Below, piece after piece: positions 51,601 to 64,000 of a stretch of DNA of 64,000 bases. The notes beneath the pieces are model-generated. The model saw only the letters and a program-made list of their open reading frames with translations, was not told the DNA's origin and made no database searches. The translations under genes and the position numbers were made by a program. Origin of the DNA: Potamilus streckersoni (taxonomy: Eukaryota); assembly GCA_016746295.1 (NCBI GenBank), contig JAEAOA010001935.1:2674024-2738023 (forward strand). Direction: 5' to 3'. The stretch's first letter is position 1, and each line of letters opens with the position of its first letter.

Positions 51601-51724
51601 TTATAGACATATATAAAATTAGTTCAACCTCTCCACAAAAAAAACCATCCAAAACTACATATTAATATAATTTGACCTGGAAAGGATCTGTGTAGATAGT
51701 GTATGCATAAATGTATGTTTTCAG

Positions 51725-51907
51725 GTTGACCAAGCGGAGGTTGCATTGTTGCATATGGGGAACATTCTATCCAACTATAGTGAGGCAGACAGTAACAAGA
51801 TGGACAGTCTGATAGCAGATCTATACCAGGCTCTCCCACATAAAGATCAGTACAAAAAAGAAAAATTTACCATCAAGGAGGTCTCAGCCAAGAAAGACCT
51901 ATGTCAG
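51725..51907 (+). CDS. Candidate coding exon (gene 2, exon F)
   Basis: The acceptor is aatgtatgttttcag| at 51723-51724. Only one frame is open. It reads VDQAEVALLHMGNILSNYSEADSNKMDSLIADLYQALPHKDQYKKEKFTIKEVSAKKDLCQ. The donor is TGTCAG|GTATAG at 51908. The exon is in phase 0 at both ends. Confidence 0.55.
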
Positions 51908-53799
51908 GTATAGTGGTACCTATTGGCTTAACAAAACTTACTATATACCTGCTAGAACATTTTGTCAAGCGAAAAAAAAAATTTTTCCCCTAGGCCCATG
52001 GACATAGTTGTGTTTTAAAAGAATATTTTCAGCAATCAAATGGGAAAAGTTAGAGAGACCTTTCTAGACACTACAGTGTATGCCCAGAGCCAGTATAAAC
52101 AGTATAAACAGCAAACACTTGTGCTTAATGTTGATATTGAGTACTGCAATGGGAGGCTAATTTGCATAGGTAAAATACACAAAGTAAAACAACTTAATTT
52201 TTTTTGTTTGAAGTTTGGTAAATCAGAGATATATGTGCTAAAGAAACAATAGTTTTTACTGTTCTTTGTCTTGAATGATAATGTTTAGAGCAGCTTTATT
52301 AAAGATTTTTTTCTAGTTTGTGATCAGTTACATTATTTCTGTGAAGTCTGAAATGACTGTACAACATCTGATACTTGACAGTTTTTGTATTAGTGTGAAA
52401 GTGTGATTCAATTTTTTAAGGAAAAAAATTAAATGCAGGCAGTGATTCAGGAAAGGGTGAGTTAACAGTGAAGTGAGCAGAGCCAAGCAAACTAAAATTG
52501 TTGAGGTCCTGGTCGACAGACCTTATGAAGTGCAACAGCAATGGGAAGCATGTTATTCTTAATGCACATACTGCAAACACATACTGACATTTAGTCACCA
52601 AGCTTTCGAGCAATGCATGAAGATGTGAACACTAGTACCATCAAATAGGAAAAATGAGAGAGACCTTTCTAGACACTACTGCTGAGTTCCCACATTAATT
52701 CAGAAAACACACGCATCAACTTTAAACCCCACAGAATTGTTTAGAGTAGAAAAGACTGCATCTAATTAGAGACTGAGAATTGAATTGGCCATGGAGGGGG
52801 TGGGTAGAAATGACTTTTGAACTGGGGAGGGGACTTTCCAGCCACCAAATAGTTTGAAAAAATATCATTCTTGTTCAGATTTGTTGAAAGCAAACTATTT
52901 ATTTCTGTTAATTTTTAAAAAAAATGATTTTGACGTAAAAGCAAACTATCTTGGTTTGAAACAAAAATATACATCACCCCATCAACTGTCTGAACTTAAA
53001 AGGTCCTGCATTAAGACTGAATGATGTATCCCACTGTCTAAGACATATTTTGGTGCAGTTATTTATTAAATGCCTTTGTGTGTTTGTGTGTATGATAATC
53101 ACATGGTGTATGAAATGATTCAGTTGTCTATTTAATATCTTTGGTGTACTATGCTTCAGGGAAAACATGTTTAGTTTTTATTTAAATTTGAATTTCCAGT
53201 CAATTTCTGTAGGCTTATATTAGTAGATAACTTATTCTCAATGGTACACCATAATTTTTTTTGTGTCATTTACACTGATGAAAACCTCAACATTGTTTAA
53301 AAGGTATGCAGGTGTATTGCTATTAGAAATTCTTGAACATAGATTTGGGCTGGAATTATGTTAAAGCCTGAAAAATGAAAAAGTAAATGAATTTTTGGCT
53401 CTAACTCAACATGTAATTTGCTTCTTGAAAGATCTATAAAACCTATTGTTCAGCACAGTTACACATCATATATAATTTTCTCAAAATTGAGTTGATCAGT
53501 ATTTATTTTTGCTTGCCCATGATGCCCATTGCTGACCTTGCTCATCTCTGTAGCTAGGCATTACTATGATGGCTGCTATCTAAGATTTTATCATATTATG
53601 TACAGACTAATAAACCAATATAATATTAGACATACCATCACTAGCTACAGAGCTGGACATAAAACAATTTTAATGGAAAAAAAAGTAGGATATTTAATAG
53701 GCAAGACATGATATTCCTACTTTTCACATTCCTCCATGCATATAATTACTGTGTGCTTCATTGGTAAATATACATCTTGTACTCCTTGAGGAGCATCTC

Positions 53800-54960
53800 A
53801 TTTGAACATTATGAGAGTACAGTAAAGACACAACACCATACCATATACATTATGAGAGTACAGTAAAGACACAACACCATACCATATACATTATGAGAGT
53901 ACAGTAAATACACAACACCATACCATATACATTATGAGAGTACAGTAAATACACAACACCATACCATATACATTATGAGAGTACAGTAAATACACAACAC
54001 CATACCATACACATTAGGAGAGTATAGTAAATACACAACACCATACCATATACATTAGGAGAGTACAGTAAATACATAACACCATACCATCATATACATT
54101 AGGAGAGTACAGTAAATACACAACACCATACCATATACATTAGGAGAGTATAGTAAATACACAACACCATACCATATACATTAGGAGAGTATAGTAAATA
54201 CACAACACCATACCATATACATTAGGAGAGTACAGTAAATACATAACAGCATACCATATACATTAGGAGAGTACAGTAAATACACAACACCATACCATAT
54301 ACATTAGGAGAGTATAGTAAATACACAACACCATACCATATACATTAGAAGAGTACAGTAAATACACAACACCATACCATCATATACATTAGGAGAGTAT
54401 AGTAAATACACAACACCATACCATATACATTAGGAGAGTACAGTAAATACACAACACCATACCATATACATTAGGAGAGTACAGTAAATACACAACACCA
54501 TACCATATACATTAGGAGAGTACAGTAAATACACAACACCATACCATATACATTAGGAGAGTATAGTAAATACACAACACCATACCATATACATTAGGAG
54601 AGTACAGTAAATACACAACACCATACCATATACATTAGGAGAGTATAGTAAATACACAACACCATACCATATACATTAGGAGAGTACAGTAAATACACAA
54701 CACCATACCATATACATTAGGAGAGTACAGTAAATACACAACACCATACCATATACATTAGGAGAGTACAGTAAATACACAACACCATACCATATACATT
54801 AGGAGAGTATAGTAAATACACAACACCATACCATATACATTAGGAGAGTACAGTAAATACACAACACCATACCATATGCATTAGGAGAGTATAGTAAATA
54901 CACAACATCATATCATATACATTACGAGAGTATAGTAAATACACAACACCATACCATATA
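53800..54960. repeat. Minisatellite, 41-bp unit x28
   Basis: Tandem accataccatatacattaggagagtacagtaaatacacaac. Confidence 0.95.
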
Positions 54961-56555
54961 TATTACTTCCTATTTTTAGCATGCCCTAATAACTCATGAA
55001 CCTACTGATAATGTGGGGCAAGTGTGGATACCATTTTAAAAAAATAAAACAGTCCCCAAAATTGGTCCCAATTTGTTGAATATAAATAAAATTACAATCA
55101 AAATTGGTGTTAAGGAAACCCAGATACACAATATACTGCTTATTTTATTGTCAAAAACAGTAGTAGTGTTTCTGAATTTTGATCAACATCATGAATTTTG
55201 CAATTTTTAATAAGAAATCATGTAGTTTCTGAAATTATATTTATTATCTAGAGTGTTTTTCATGTTTCTTGTTTATCTTTTAGTTTGGTTTCATTGTAAT
55301 AATAAGTGAACTATAGAAAAGCAAGTTCCAAAGTTTATGAATTGGCACTCGGAGATTTGCTTCACATCATCAATACAGTACTAACAGATTATTTAGGAAA
55401 AAATTCAGTTTTGACTTTAATGGACTTAAGATAAGCTAGGCTAAGATGAGACAAGATAAGATAAGATAATTATTTCAGACTACATAATCCATACATCTAA
55501 ATTAAAATAGGTATGAAGTAAAAATATTGTAAACATAAAAGATCACAGATACATTATGTATAAGCGTACAGACACATCTACAGCAATCGACTGTGCCCTG
55601 CATTGTTAAGAATGAAATTATGTAGCACATTTAAAGAGTAATTTGTTCCATTTGCTAGTAACATGATAATTTATGTGAATGTCATAGTTCCACAGAGATT
55701 TCAATATATAGTTCCTACTATTAGATATTCTTGCATTCATTGAGTATACATACTTTCTCATTACTTCATCAAAACTGAATACAATATAAATACAAACCTT
55801 TTGGAGGCACTGTCCCATCTAGGAAGACTTAATTGAAATTGAAGTCTATTATTACAACCAATAACTAGTTTTCTTTTCACACATTCACTAAAGTTTGTCA
55901 ACAAAGGAGCACCATACATTGTGCAGCAATAAGATTTGAATAATCTTAAAATTATAATACAGCAATATGGAAAATATCTAGCATAGTAGTCCGATTCAAG
56001 AAATGAAACTTTAGAAGATGATAATGAAAAACTTTATTTTGGAGCATAAGAATATAAAAGACAATACCTTTGACAAATTGTACATAACAACAGTAAAGAA
56101 CAGTTTCCAAATGTGTTTGAACTAGCTAGCTATGTATATGCCTCTTTGGCAAGGGCATCTCAATACAGAACAAGGATCATACACAGGTATGGAACAGATT
56201 TTAAACTAAGAAAAAAAACTGAGATATCAAGTGGGTTCTTTTAGTGGTTAAAAAACTTGTATTAGTTTCAGATTGAAATTACTAAAATAACTCTAATACA
56301 AATTTATTATCTGCCAACATTAATGTGGCCAAATTCTTTTATCATTTTGTAAAATTTTGAAATAAAAAGGCAAAAGATTAATTCTAAATTCTATTCAGTG
56401 GGAAGTTTTTGAAGTCTTTGCTCACAGCATACAGCCTAAATGTAATAATAATTTAGTATTAAACACGTTCCTTTCTTCCAGGAATTTCCAATCTTTGAAA
56501 ATAAAGGAAGAATTAATCTTTTATTGCATAATTATATTGCTGATTTCTGTCCTAG

Positions 56556-56716
56556 CTACTAAGGGACATAATCAGTGTGAGAGAAGCTACAGACTGGTCA
56601 CAAGAGGTCACTACTGTAGCTAAATACCGAGCTCTTGGATGCCACATTTCATGCCTGGAAACTTCATCAGAAAAGTACAAAAAGGTTGAAGATCTTGTGA
56701 AAGCTACAGCAAAAGG
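56556..56716 (+). CDS. Candidate coding exon (gene 2, exon G)
   Basis: The acceptor is tgatttctgtcctag| at 56554-56555. Only one frame is open. It reads LLRDIISVREATDWSQEVTTVAKYRALGCHISCLETSSEKYKKVEDLVKATAKG. The donor is AAAGG|GTAATT at 56717. The exon enters in phase 0, consistent with exon F, and exits in phase 2. I did not find the downstream partner exon. Confidence 0.5.
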
Positions 56717-58589
56717 GTAATTTACTTGGATTTCATTTATTCTCATTGGTTTCAACTTTTGTGGATTTGCCCCCAAAAATAATATTTTTGTGAATACTTA
56801 AAATATTGGTACAGGAAATGTTGTACTGTTGTTTCTTTAGATGGATCATTGTTAGTTGCAACTAGAAATCACTGAAAGTTGGTACCCCATGAAAACTAGT
56901 AGCCTCGATACTCAGTTGGTACACTGTACAGAACTCTCGCATTATATGCTCTTCAAGGGAGCCATATAGAATACCACCTTAGAGTAAGTCCATGGTATCA
57001 TGGCATACATATATTTGTACTACTACAAAATGACATAGCATCTGTGATGATACTTGTTGTATAACACGAATTTTGTTATAATGTTATAATTGTGTTATAA
57101 TGGATGGCCTTATAGTGAGGGAATGCTGTACTTTCATAGATAACGATAGATTTTCTATTTTAGTCAAAATTTTCAAGCAAAACTCATGTTTAACAGGAAC
57201 ATAAGGAAACAGCATAAATTTAATATGACTCTACATGGAGCAAGATCATCTATCAGTTTCATCAAATACATTACCCAATGATAATGCCTCAAGAGTACTA
57301 CCACTTCCCTGCAAATCCAGCCAGCTAGTGCAAAATTTGTTTGCTATGGGAGCTAAATGTTGTATTGTCACATGTGTGGCAGTCAGACAGAATGATCTCC
57401 TCTTGAAATAGGGGTAGGCATCAAAACCTCTGTGTACCCCCAGATACTACTAATATTTGTGCCAAGTAGCACACTTTTTTTGTGAGAGGCCTTGCAGACC
57501 AAATCAAGAGTTTTGGGTATCCAACTATAGGGCAGGTTTCATACCTCAGGGAAGTATGCTTCATCTATAATTCAAAATATTTCTTGCCCTTTTTGACCCG
57601 AGATAAATTTTTTCCATCTATTGTTGAATTACAACTCTGTTTTAAATATATAGGTGTCCTTTTGTAGTTAACTGCACAGTTCACTGGTATGTGCATTTAG
57701 AACTGTGCACTCAACTTGAATTTAGTTGTGCAGGTAATTTTTTGTTTATACAAAATAAAAAGTTGTTTCACATGGTCCACCTCAGTAATTTGAAACAGCA
57801 CTGCACATGTATTTGTATAAATTCTGCTTATGTTCAGACACATACAGGTAAATTTTCTATAAATATTGTTTAAAAATGTGTGGATTTCCATTTAAATGGA
57901 AATGTAGGTCTTTATCTAAATTGCAGATTGTGTTATTGGTGTTTCCAAATACATGCTAAATTTTTAGCTCAAGTTTGCTTCTAAAAAGTTTTCCATGGAT
58001 AGTTTATAGTCTTAGCATCCACTTCATAGTTATAAGGTGATGCTTCAATGATTTTACTTGTATAGACCATTGTTTGGGCCTTTGCTTTACAGGTATTACT
58101 ACTTCCACTTGTAATTTTGGACAATATAGTTGTGTAGCTCAGAACGGGCCACGAAATGAGTTCATAAAGCAGGATGTGTGGCCAATTACACCTTTATAAA
58201 TATTGTCTGCTCAATTTCTATTTACATAGGCAAAAATATGGACAGGTCTATATGCAAATAGTATAAATGACCGATGATAACCATTATACACTTTGAGCAG
58301 GTATGGGTTTCAAGTCAGAGAATACATTTCAAATATGTATTCAATGAATGTAGATTTGGTGGACTTCAATCTATTTGCACACAATATAAACAGAAACAGA
58401 AAGAGAAGAAACACACTATCAAAGATGAGGATGCCATTAGCATCACTATTGATGACACCTTGGTTAATAATTTCCTGTGGGATAAATATCTCAAATTGGG
58501 GGCTCACCAGCCAATATGTGAATAAGGACATCCCATTGGTGACAGCCCTAGCTCCAACCTTGCCAACTCAGCAGTTCTTGTTGAGATGA

Positions 58590-59045
58590 TGAATTATTTT
58601 CACAAATTCCATCATCCTTACTGAACCCAAATTCAATCCTCCTTACTGGACCCAAATTCCATCCTCCTTACTGGACCCAAATTCCATCCTCCTTACTGGA
58701 CCCAAATTACATCCTCCTTACCCAAATTCCATCCTCCTTACTGGACCCAAATTCCATCATCCTTACTGGACCCAAATTCCATTCTCCTTACTGGACCCAA
58801 ATTCCATCCTCCTTACTGGACCCAAATTCCATCATCCTTACTGGACCCAAATTCCATCCTCCTTACTGGACCCAAATTCCATCCTCCTTAATGGACCCAA
58901 ATTCCATCATCCTTACTGGACCCAAATTCCATCATCCTTACTGGACCCAAATTTCATCATCCTTACTGGACCCAAATTCTATCCTCTTTACTGGACCCAA
59001 ATTCCATCATCCTTACTGGACCCAAATTCCATCATCCTTACTGGA
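58590..59045. repeat. Minisatellite, 25-bp unit in a 75-bp higher-order repeat, x18
   Basis: Tandem ccttactggacccaaattccatcct. The ORF at 58891-59145 is an artefact. Confidence 0.9.
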
Positions 59046-59589
59046 CCTCATGATGACAACAGAATTATGTCCATCTACTGTTTCATCAACAGCCTGGTCT
59101 GTTGACATCTGTGGAACTCTGAACACAGGAATGAAAAAAATCTGAAAAATATTTCACCAGAAATTTTTAGTTTTTCACTCTTAAGTGTATAATAAAGAGA
59201 ATGCTTTAAGAAATTCAGTAACTTTTGAAATTGATCTTGAATGACATTATTATTTATTATTTATTGTGTGCAGTGCATGCTCAGCCATTTAACAGCAACT
59301 GGAGGTCCAGAGAACTTGTGCTATCCTGTCAATAACATTAACTCAGACTAATAATGGAATGAAGAATTGCTCCATTTTGGACAATAGCTAAACATGTAAT
59401 CAATGGAGCAATCACTTAAATGTTCAAGATCAAAGCTTCTGGTTTTTAATACAAAGACTGTAGAGTTATTCAGCAATTGTGAGATCTCTTTCCACCACTG
59501 TTGTCAGAATTACGGGATAGTTCATTTGCATCTTAGTATCTTAATAACAGAAACATTTTATGTCAGTATACACATCTGGCATGTATTCT

Positions 59590-60105
59590 GTATAAGAGAT
59601 TTCTTGGTGTTGCAGCTTACAAATCAGATGTGTTATCTGTAATAGAAAAATTTCGTGTTTCAGCATCACATCAGACATGTTTTCTGTATCAGAAATATTT
59701 TGTGTATTTCAGCATACACATCAGACCCATATTTTATATTAAAATTGTTTTGTGCATTTCAGCACACACATCAGACATGCATTCTGTATTAGAAATGTTT
59801 TATGTGTGTTCAGCATACACATCAGACATGTATTCTGTATTAGAAATGTTTTAGGTGTTTCAGCACACACATCAGACATGTATTCTGTATTAGAAATGTT
59901 TTATGTATTTCAGCATACACATAGATATGTATTCTGTATTAGAAATGTTTTATGTGTTTCAGCATACACATAGAGATGTATTCTGTATTAGAAATGTTTT
60001 ATGTGTTTCAGCACACACATCAGACATGTATTCTGTATTAGAAATGTTTTATGTGTTTCAGCATACACATCAGACATGTATTCTCTATTAGAAGGACGCA
60101 AGAAG
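59590..60105. repeat. Minisatellite, about 57-60-bp unit x9
   Basis: Tandem ttcagcatacacatcagacatgtattctgtattagaaatgttttatgtgt. Confidence 0.9.
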
Positions 60106-60424
60106 AGATCAACTTCGAACCAAAAAATACCCAAACATTGATGCACTCATCTGCTGCTCACAACTTCCTGGGAATTCTGTCCAGGTTAGTGGTTAAATGG
60201 AATGGAAGTGCAAGATTTAAGTATAGAGGAAGCTGATAGGGATTAATATAAGGAAGAGAAAATAAAACTAAATGTGCTATTATAATAAGTCCCTGGTGCA
60301 AATCATAATCCCTGCATGTTCAAATTTCTATTATTTTGATAAACATGGGAAAAATTATCTTTCTCATGCACTACAAAACTATTTTCATTATCAGACATCA
60401 TGCAAATAAATGCATGCAGCATTT

Positions 60425-60660
60425 CGAACAGACGAGGGCCAAGTGGTTTAAAGCACTTGCCTTTAATGATCACTGCCATCTCATCTTTGTCCATGTGGGT
60501 TAGAGTCTGGCTCAGCCATTGTCAGTGTGTGAGAAAGTTTGCCTGATGGTCAGTGTGTCTTTCCAGGATTTACCTGGGTTTTACCTCCACCAGTTCTACT
60601 GGCTGCCATTTACTATCTTGTGCTGAGAAATGGTGTTAAACCCAAAGCAAGAAAAACAAC
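60425..60660 (+). mobile_element. SINE family B copy with 5'-truncated head
   Basis: The sequence runs ...GGCCAAGTGGTTTAAAGCACTTGCCTTTAATGATCACTGCCATCTCATC...GTGAGAAAGTTTGCCTGATGG...CCTCCACCAGTTCTACTGGCTGCCATTTACTATCTTGTGCTGAGAAATGGTGTTAAACCCAAAGCAAGAAAAACAAC. Confidence 0.8.
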
Positions 60661-61379
60661 ATTTTAATGGGTGGTGTAAAGAAAATATCTGTGGTTGTCA
60701 TCAACATTAACTGATAATGGAAGTTTAAAAAATCTTTCAGAACATCTGATGGCTTTGTTTTTTCTCTGCATGTTAGGAGTTGGTGGGAAAAAAATTAATT
60801 TAACAACAGCTTTTGATGAAGAGAAAGAATAATTAAGATTTGTTAAATTGTTGTTACAATCTTTATAACTTATTCCATGACCTAGACAGAATTAAATAGG
60901 GGATGATGTTTATTTTCACTTATTAATCTTTAGAAGCTGCTCTTATTATCTTTTATAGTGTGAGTATATATGTTGGGAAAAAAATGGAACATCAGGTACT
61001 TTTTTCTATCATTTCATTTTAAATTTATAAAAGTCCTTACCAAAGTGAAACATGAATATACATGAGCCATATTTCATTCATTTTCTCAAGTGTAATGATT
61101 CTCGACTCTTATTAAGTCCTCATTAAAGTGGTTTGAGTCTTGAGTTACTAAAAACAGATATGTCCATAGCATATTATTGTGGACAAGAACTTAAGTACTT
61201 CAATGGATATCTGAGGCTGCAGTGTTGACCAAGATGCACAAACATGTTCAAAGTTTACAATAACTAAAACAATGCCATTTGACTGAAACAATTTTGAAAC
61301 TCAACTTTTCCCACATTTACCTAGTAGACTTACTGAATAGGCGAAAGCTGTTGTAATGTACAAGCTGTACCTCATACAG

Positions 61380-61660
61380 CCTGCAATTGCTTCATTTTCT
61401 GTTTTACCTTATACTAGGATTGGATTCATGCAAGACATATCTTTGTTGAATATGTCTGAAATTTTCAGTAAAATGCTTGGTTGGTTATAGCATGTTTCAT
61501 CGATAGCACGGTCTGGTACTGTGGACCCCAACCACCATGTTATAGCTGAGTCATTCTGTATGTCCTTTACCTCCTACCTTGATAGGATTCAGTTTGTAAG
61601 ACATATCTTTCTTGAATGTATCTGACAGTTTAGTAAAATGTTCAAGGCTTGAAGTATAGT
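61380..61660. repeat. Dispersed repeat family, two tandem copies of about 150 bp, related to 13085-13200
   Basis: The segments ...ttaccttatactaggattggattcatgcaagacatatctttgttgaatatgtctgaaattttcagtaaaatgc... and ...cctaccttgataggattcagtttgtaagacatatctttcttgaatgtatctgacagtttagtaaaatgttc... share the ...ccaccatgtt...ctgtat...ccttgatagg... block with the copy in SNAP29 intron 2. Confidence 0.6.
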
Positions 61661-62054
61661 GCTTCCTTCAGATATATATGTGTATATGATAAAAAAAATC
61701 AATAATGGAACTGGAAGCTACTGTCTGGACATGTGTATTAGATACTTTCCTAGAATCAACAATAACACAGAAACCATATAGTGACTTACAAACTTGAAAT
61801 AGTATTTGTTTAAAATAAAATGTTAATAATCAAAGGTTCTGTTAAGAAACATTCTACTTAAAGGTAAATACTGTAGTTATATCATCATTATCAGTAAATC
61901 AACCAGATATTTAATGTTGTATAATGTATGCTATAAACATTTCTTGTCAACTTCTTTTTTCCTAATGATGCAACAATTTAATGTGAAAATGATAGACACA
62001 TACTTTTAAAAAAAGAATAAACAAAAAAATAATGCTTACTGATCTTCTTAAACA

Positions 62055-62325
62055 GCAATAAAATTCACGTTTATATACACATTGATTGTTTTTGGAAGCC
62101 ATAAAATCCATGTTTATGTAAACATCGACTGATTTTGTAAGCCATAAAATCCACATGTTTATGTACACATTGACTGATTTTGAAGCCATAAAATCCACAT
62201 TTTTATGTACACATTGACTGATTTTGAAGCCATAAAATCCACGTTTATGTACACATTGACTGATTTTGGAAGCCATAAAATCCACATGTTTATGTACACA
62301 TGACTGATTTTGGAAGCCGTAAACA
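62055..62325. repeat. Minisatellite, 43-44-bp unit x6
   Basis: Tandem gccataaaatccacgtttatgtacacattgactgattttgaa. Confidence 0.9.
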
Positions 62326-62789
62326 GTTCAGTTCTTGGTATATTTTATGTCAGGAACAAAAATTCCCAATAGGTGAAGATTGGCCAAAGAGTACTGTCAT
62401 TACATGTGTACTAAAAGTATACAGCAGGAAATACATTCAAACTTAACTATGTACTGGCATGACATGGTGTGCCATTTGTGGTACTCCTTTTTGTGTAAGC
62501 TCAGTGTATAACCACTTCAGAAATGAAAGTTGTTTTGCTCAAATTTCAGCTAGAAAAGCTGCTCCACCTATTAAATTTTCTTGATGGTTCTTACATTTTT
62601 CAAAGAGCTTAAGTTTTTACTCAATTTTGCATTTCAGATTGGTGAGTGCATAAAGAGGGTGCATTTCTCTTCAGTAATTTTGTCTAATATAAGTATTTTG
62701 TCCAATGTTTAAAAAATGAATCATGACAGTATCAGATTTGATGTGTGCATTCATTTAAGTGACAAATGTTAAAATCAGGACCTCTTACA

Positions 62790-64000
62790 ATGATTTAGAT
62801 TTTAGTTCATGACATGCCCTTATACATAGCATAATTCTTATCCTGTGACATGGCCTTATACATAGCATAATTCTTATCCTGTGACATGGCCTTATACATA
62901 GCATAATTCTTATGACATCGCCTTATACATAGCATAATTCTTATCCTGTGACATGGCCTTATTCATAGCATACTTCTTATCCTGTGACATGGCCTTATAC
63001 ATAGCATAATTCTTATCCTGTGACATAGCCTTATACATAGCATAATTCTTATCCTGTGACATGGCTTTATACTTAGCATAATTCTTATGACATAGCCTTA
63101 TACATAGCATAATTCTTATACTGTGACATGGCCTTATACATAGTATAATTCTTATGACATAGCCTTATACATAGCATAATTCTTATTCTGTGACATAGCC
63201 TTATACATAGCATAATTCTTATCCTGTGACATGGCCTTATACATAGCATAATTCTTATGACATCACCTTATACATAGCATAATTCTTATCTTGTGACATG
63301 GCCTTATACATAGCATAATTCTTATCCTGTGACATGGCCTTATACATAGCATAATTCTTATCCTGTGACATAGCCTTATACATAGCATAATTCTTATGAC
63401 ATAGCCTTATACATAGCATAATTCTTATGACATCGCCTTATACATAGCATAATTCTTATCCTGTGACATAGCCTTATACATAGCATAATTCTCATGACAT
63501 AGCCTTATACATAGCATTATTCTTATCCTGTGACATGGCCTTATACATAGCATAATTCTTATGACATCGCCTTATACATAGCATAATTCTTATGACATCG
63601 CCTTATACATAGCATAATTCTTATGACATAGCCTTATACATAGCATAATTCTTATGACATCGCCTTATACATAGCATAATTCTTATCCTGTGACATCGCC
63701 TTATACATAGCATAATTCTTATCCTGTGAGATCGCCTTATACATAGCATAATTCTTATCCTGTGAGATCGCCTTATACATAGCATAATTCTTATCCTGTG
63801 ACATCGCCTTATACATAGCATAATTCTCATGACATAGCCTTATACATAGCATAATTCTTATGACATCGCCTTATACATAGCATAATTCTTATGACATCGC
63901 CTTATACATAGCATAATTCTTATCCTGTGACATCGCCTTATACATAGCATAATTCTCATGACATAGCCTTATACATAGCATAATTCTTATGACATCGCCT
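62790..64000. repeat. Minisatellite, mixed 30/36-bp units x35, running to the window edge
   Basis: Tandem cttatacatagcataattcttatcctgtgacatggc and a short variant cttatacatagcataattcttatgacatcgc. All ORFs called here are artefacts. Confidence 0.95.

Noticed and set aside
62910-63852. Several 66-69 aa ORFs on the - strand (KNYAMYKAMSQD repeats)
   Set aside because: They are translations of the 30/36-bp minisatellite at the window edge.
1-64000. CRISPR arrays, operons or defence-system candidates
   Set aside because: All direct repeats are contiguous tandem satellites with no unique spacers. The sequence is eukaryotic, with introns, SINE/LINE elements and a SNAP29 orthologue. I found no prokaryote-style gene clusters. 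The hint of an undescribed system is not supported by anything I can see.

Overview
This window is eukaryotic nuclear DNA, not prokaryotic. It is AT-rich, has spliced genes with GT-AG introns, tRNA-derived SINEs with target-site duplications, LINE reverse-transcriptase remnants, a Harbinger-type DNA-transposon remnant and MITE/foldback elements. It also holds more than 22 distinct minisatellite arrays, about one fifth of the window. The composition and repeat landscape suggest an invertebrate, possibly a mollusc or bivalve, but that is only inference.

Two protein-coding genes lie on the + strand:
- A clear SNAP29 (synaptosomal-associated protein 29) orthologue with three coding exons (5206-5430, 12129-12534, 13802-13965).
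- A larger multi-exon gene spanning at least 30020 to 56716 whose 5' exons encode a BRCT domain; I could not identify the rest of the protein. Several of its exon junctions are phase-consistent, but two (D to E, E to F) are not, so that model is partial.

I found no CRISPR array, operon or defence-like system. All tandem repeats are spacer-less satellites. The long ORFs inside them on the supplied six-frame track are stop-free-repeat artefacts. That track also uses alternative start codons such as TTG and GTG, so its 'M' residues are unreliable. The features worth a second look are the repeat-packed introns of the BRCT gene, a 39-bp minisatellite whose every unit carries a 5' splice-site-like motif directly abutting an exon end, an internally deleted Harbinger transposase remnant carrying an 87-bp triplication, and a (CAA)n-tailed SINE family. 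I could run no database search, so all identities are by eye against remembered motifs.
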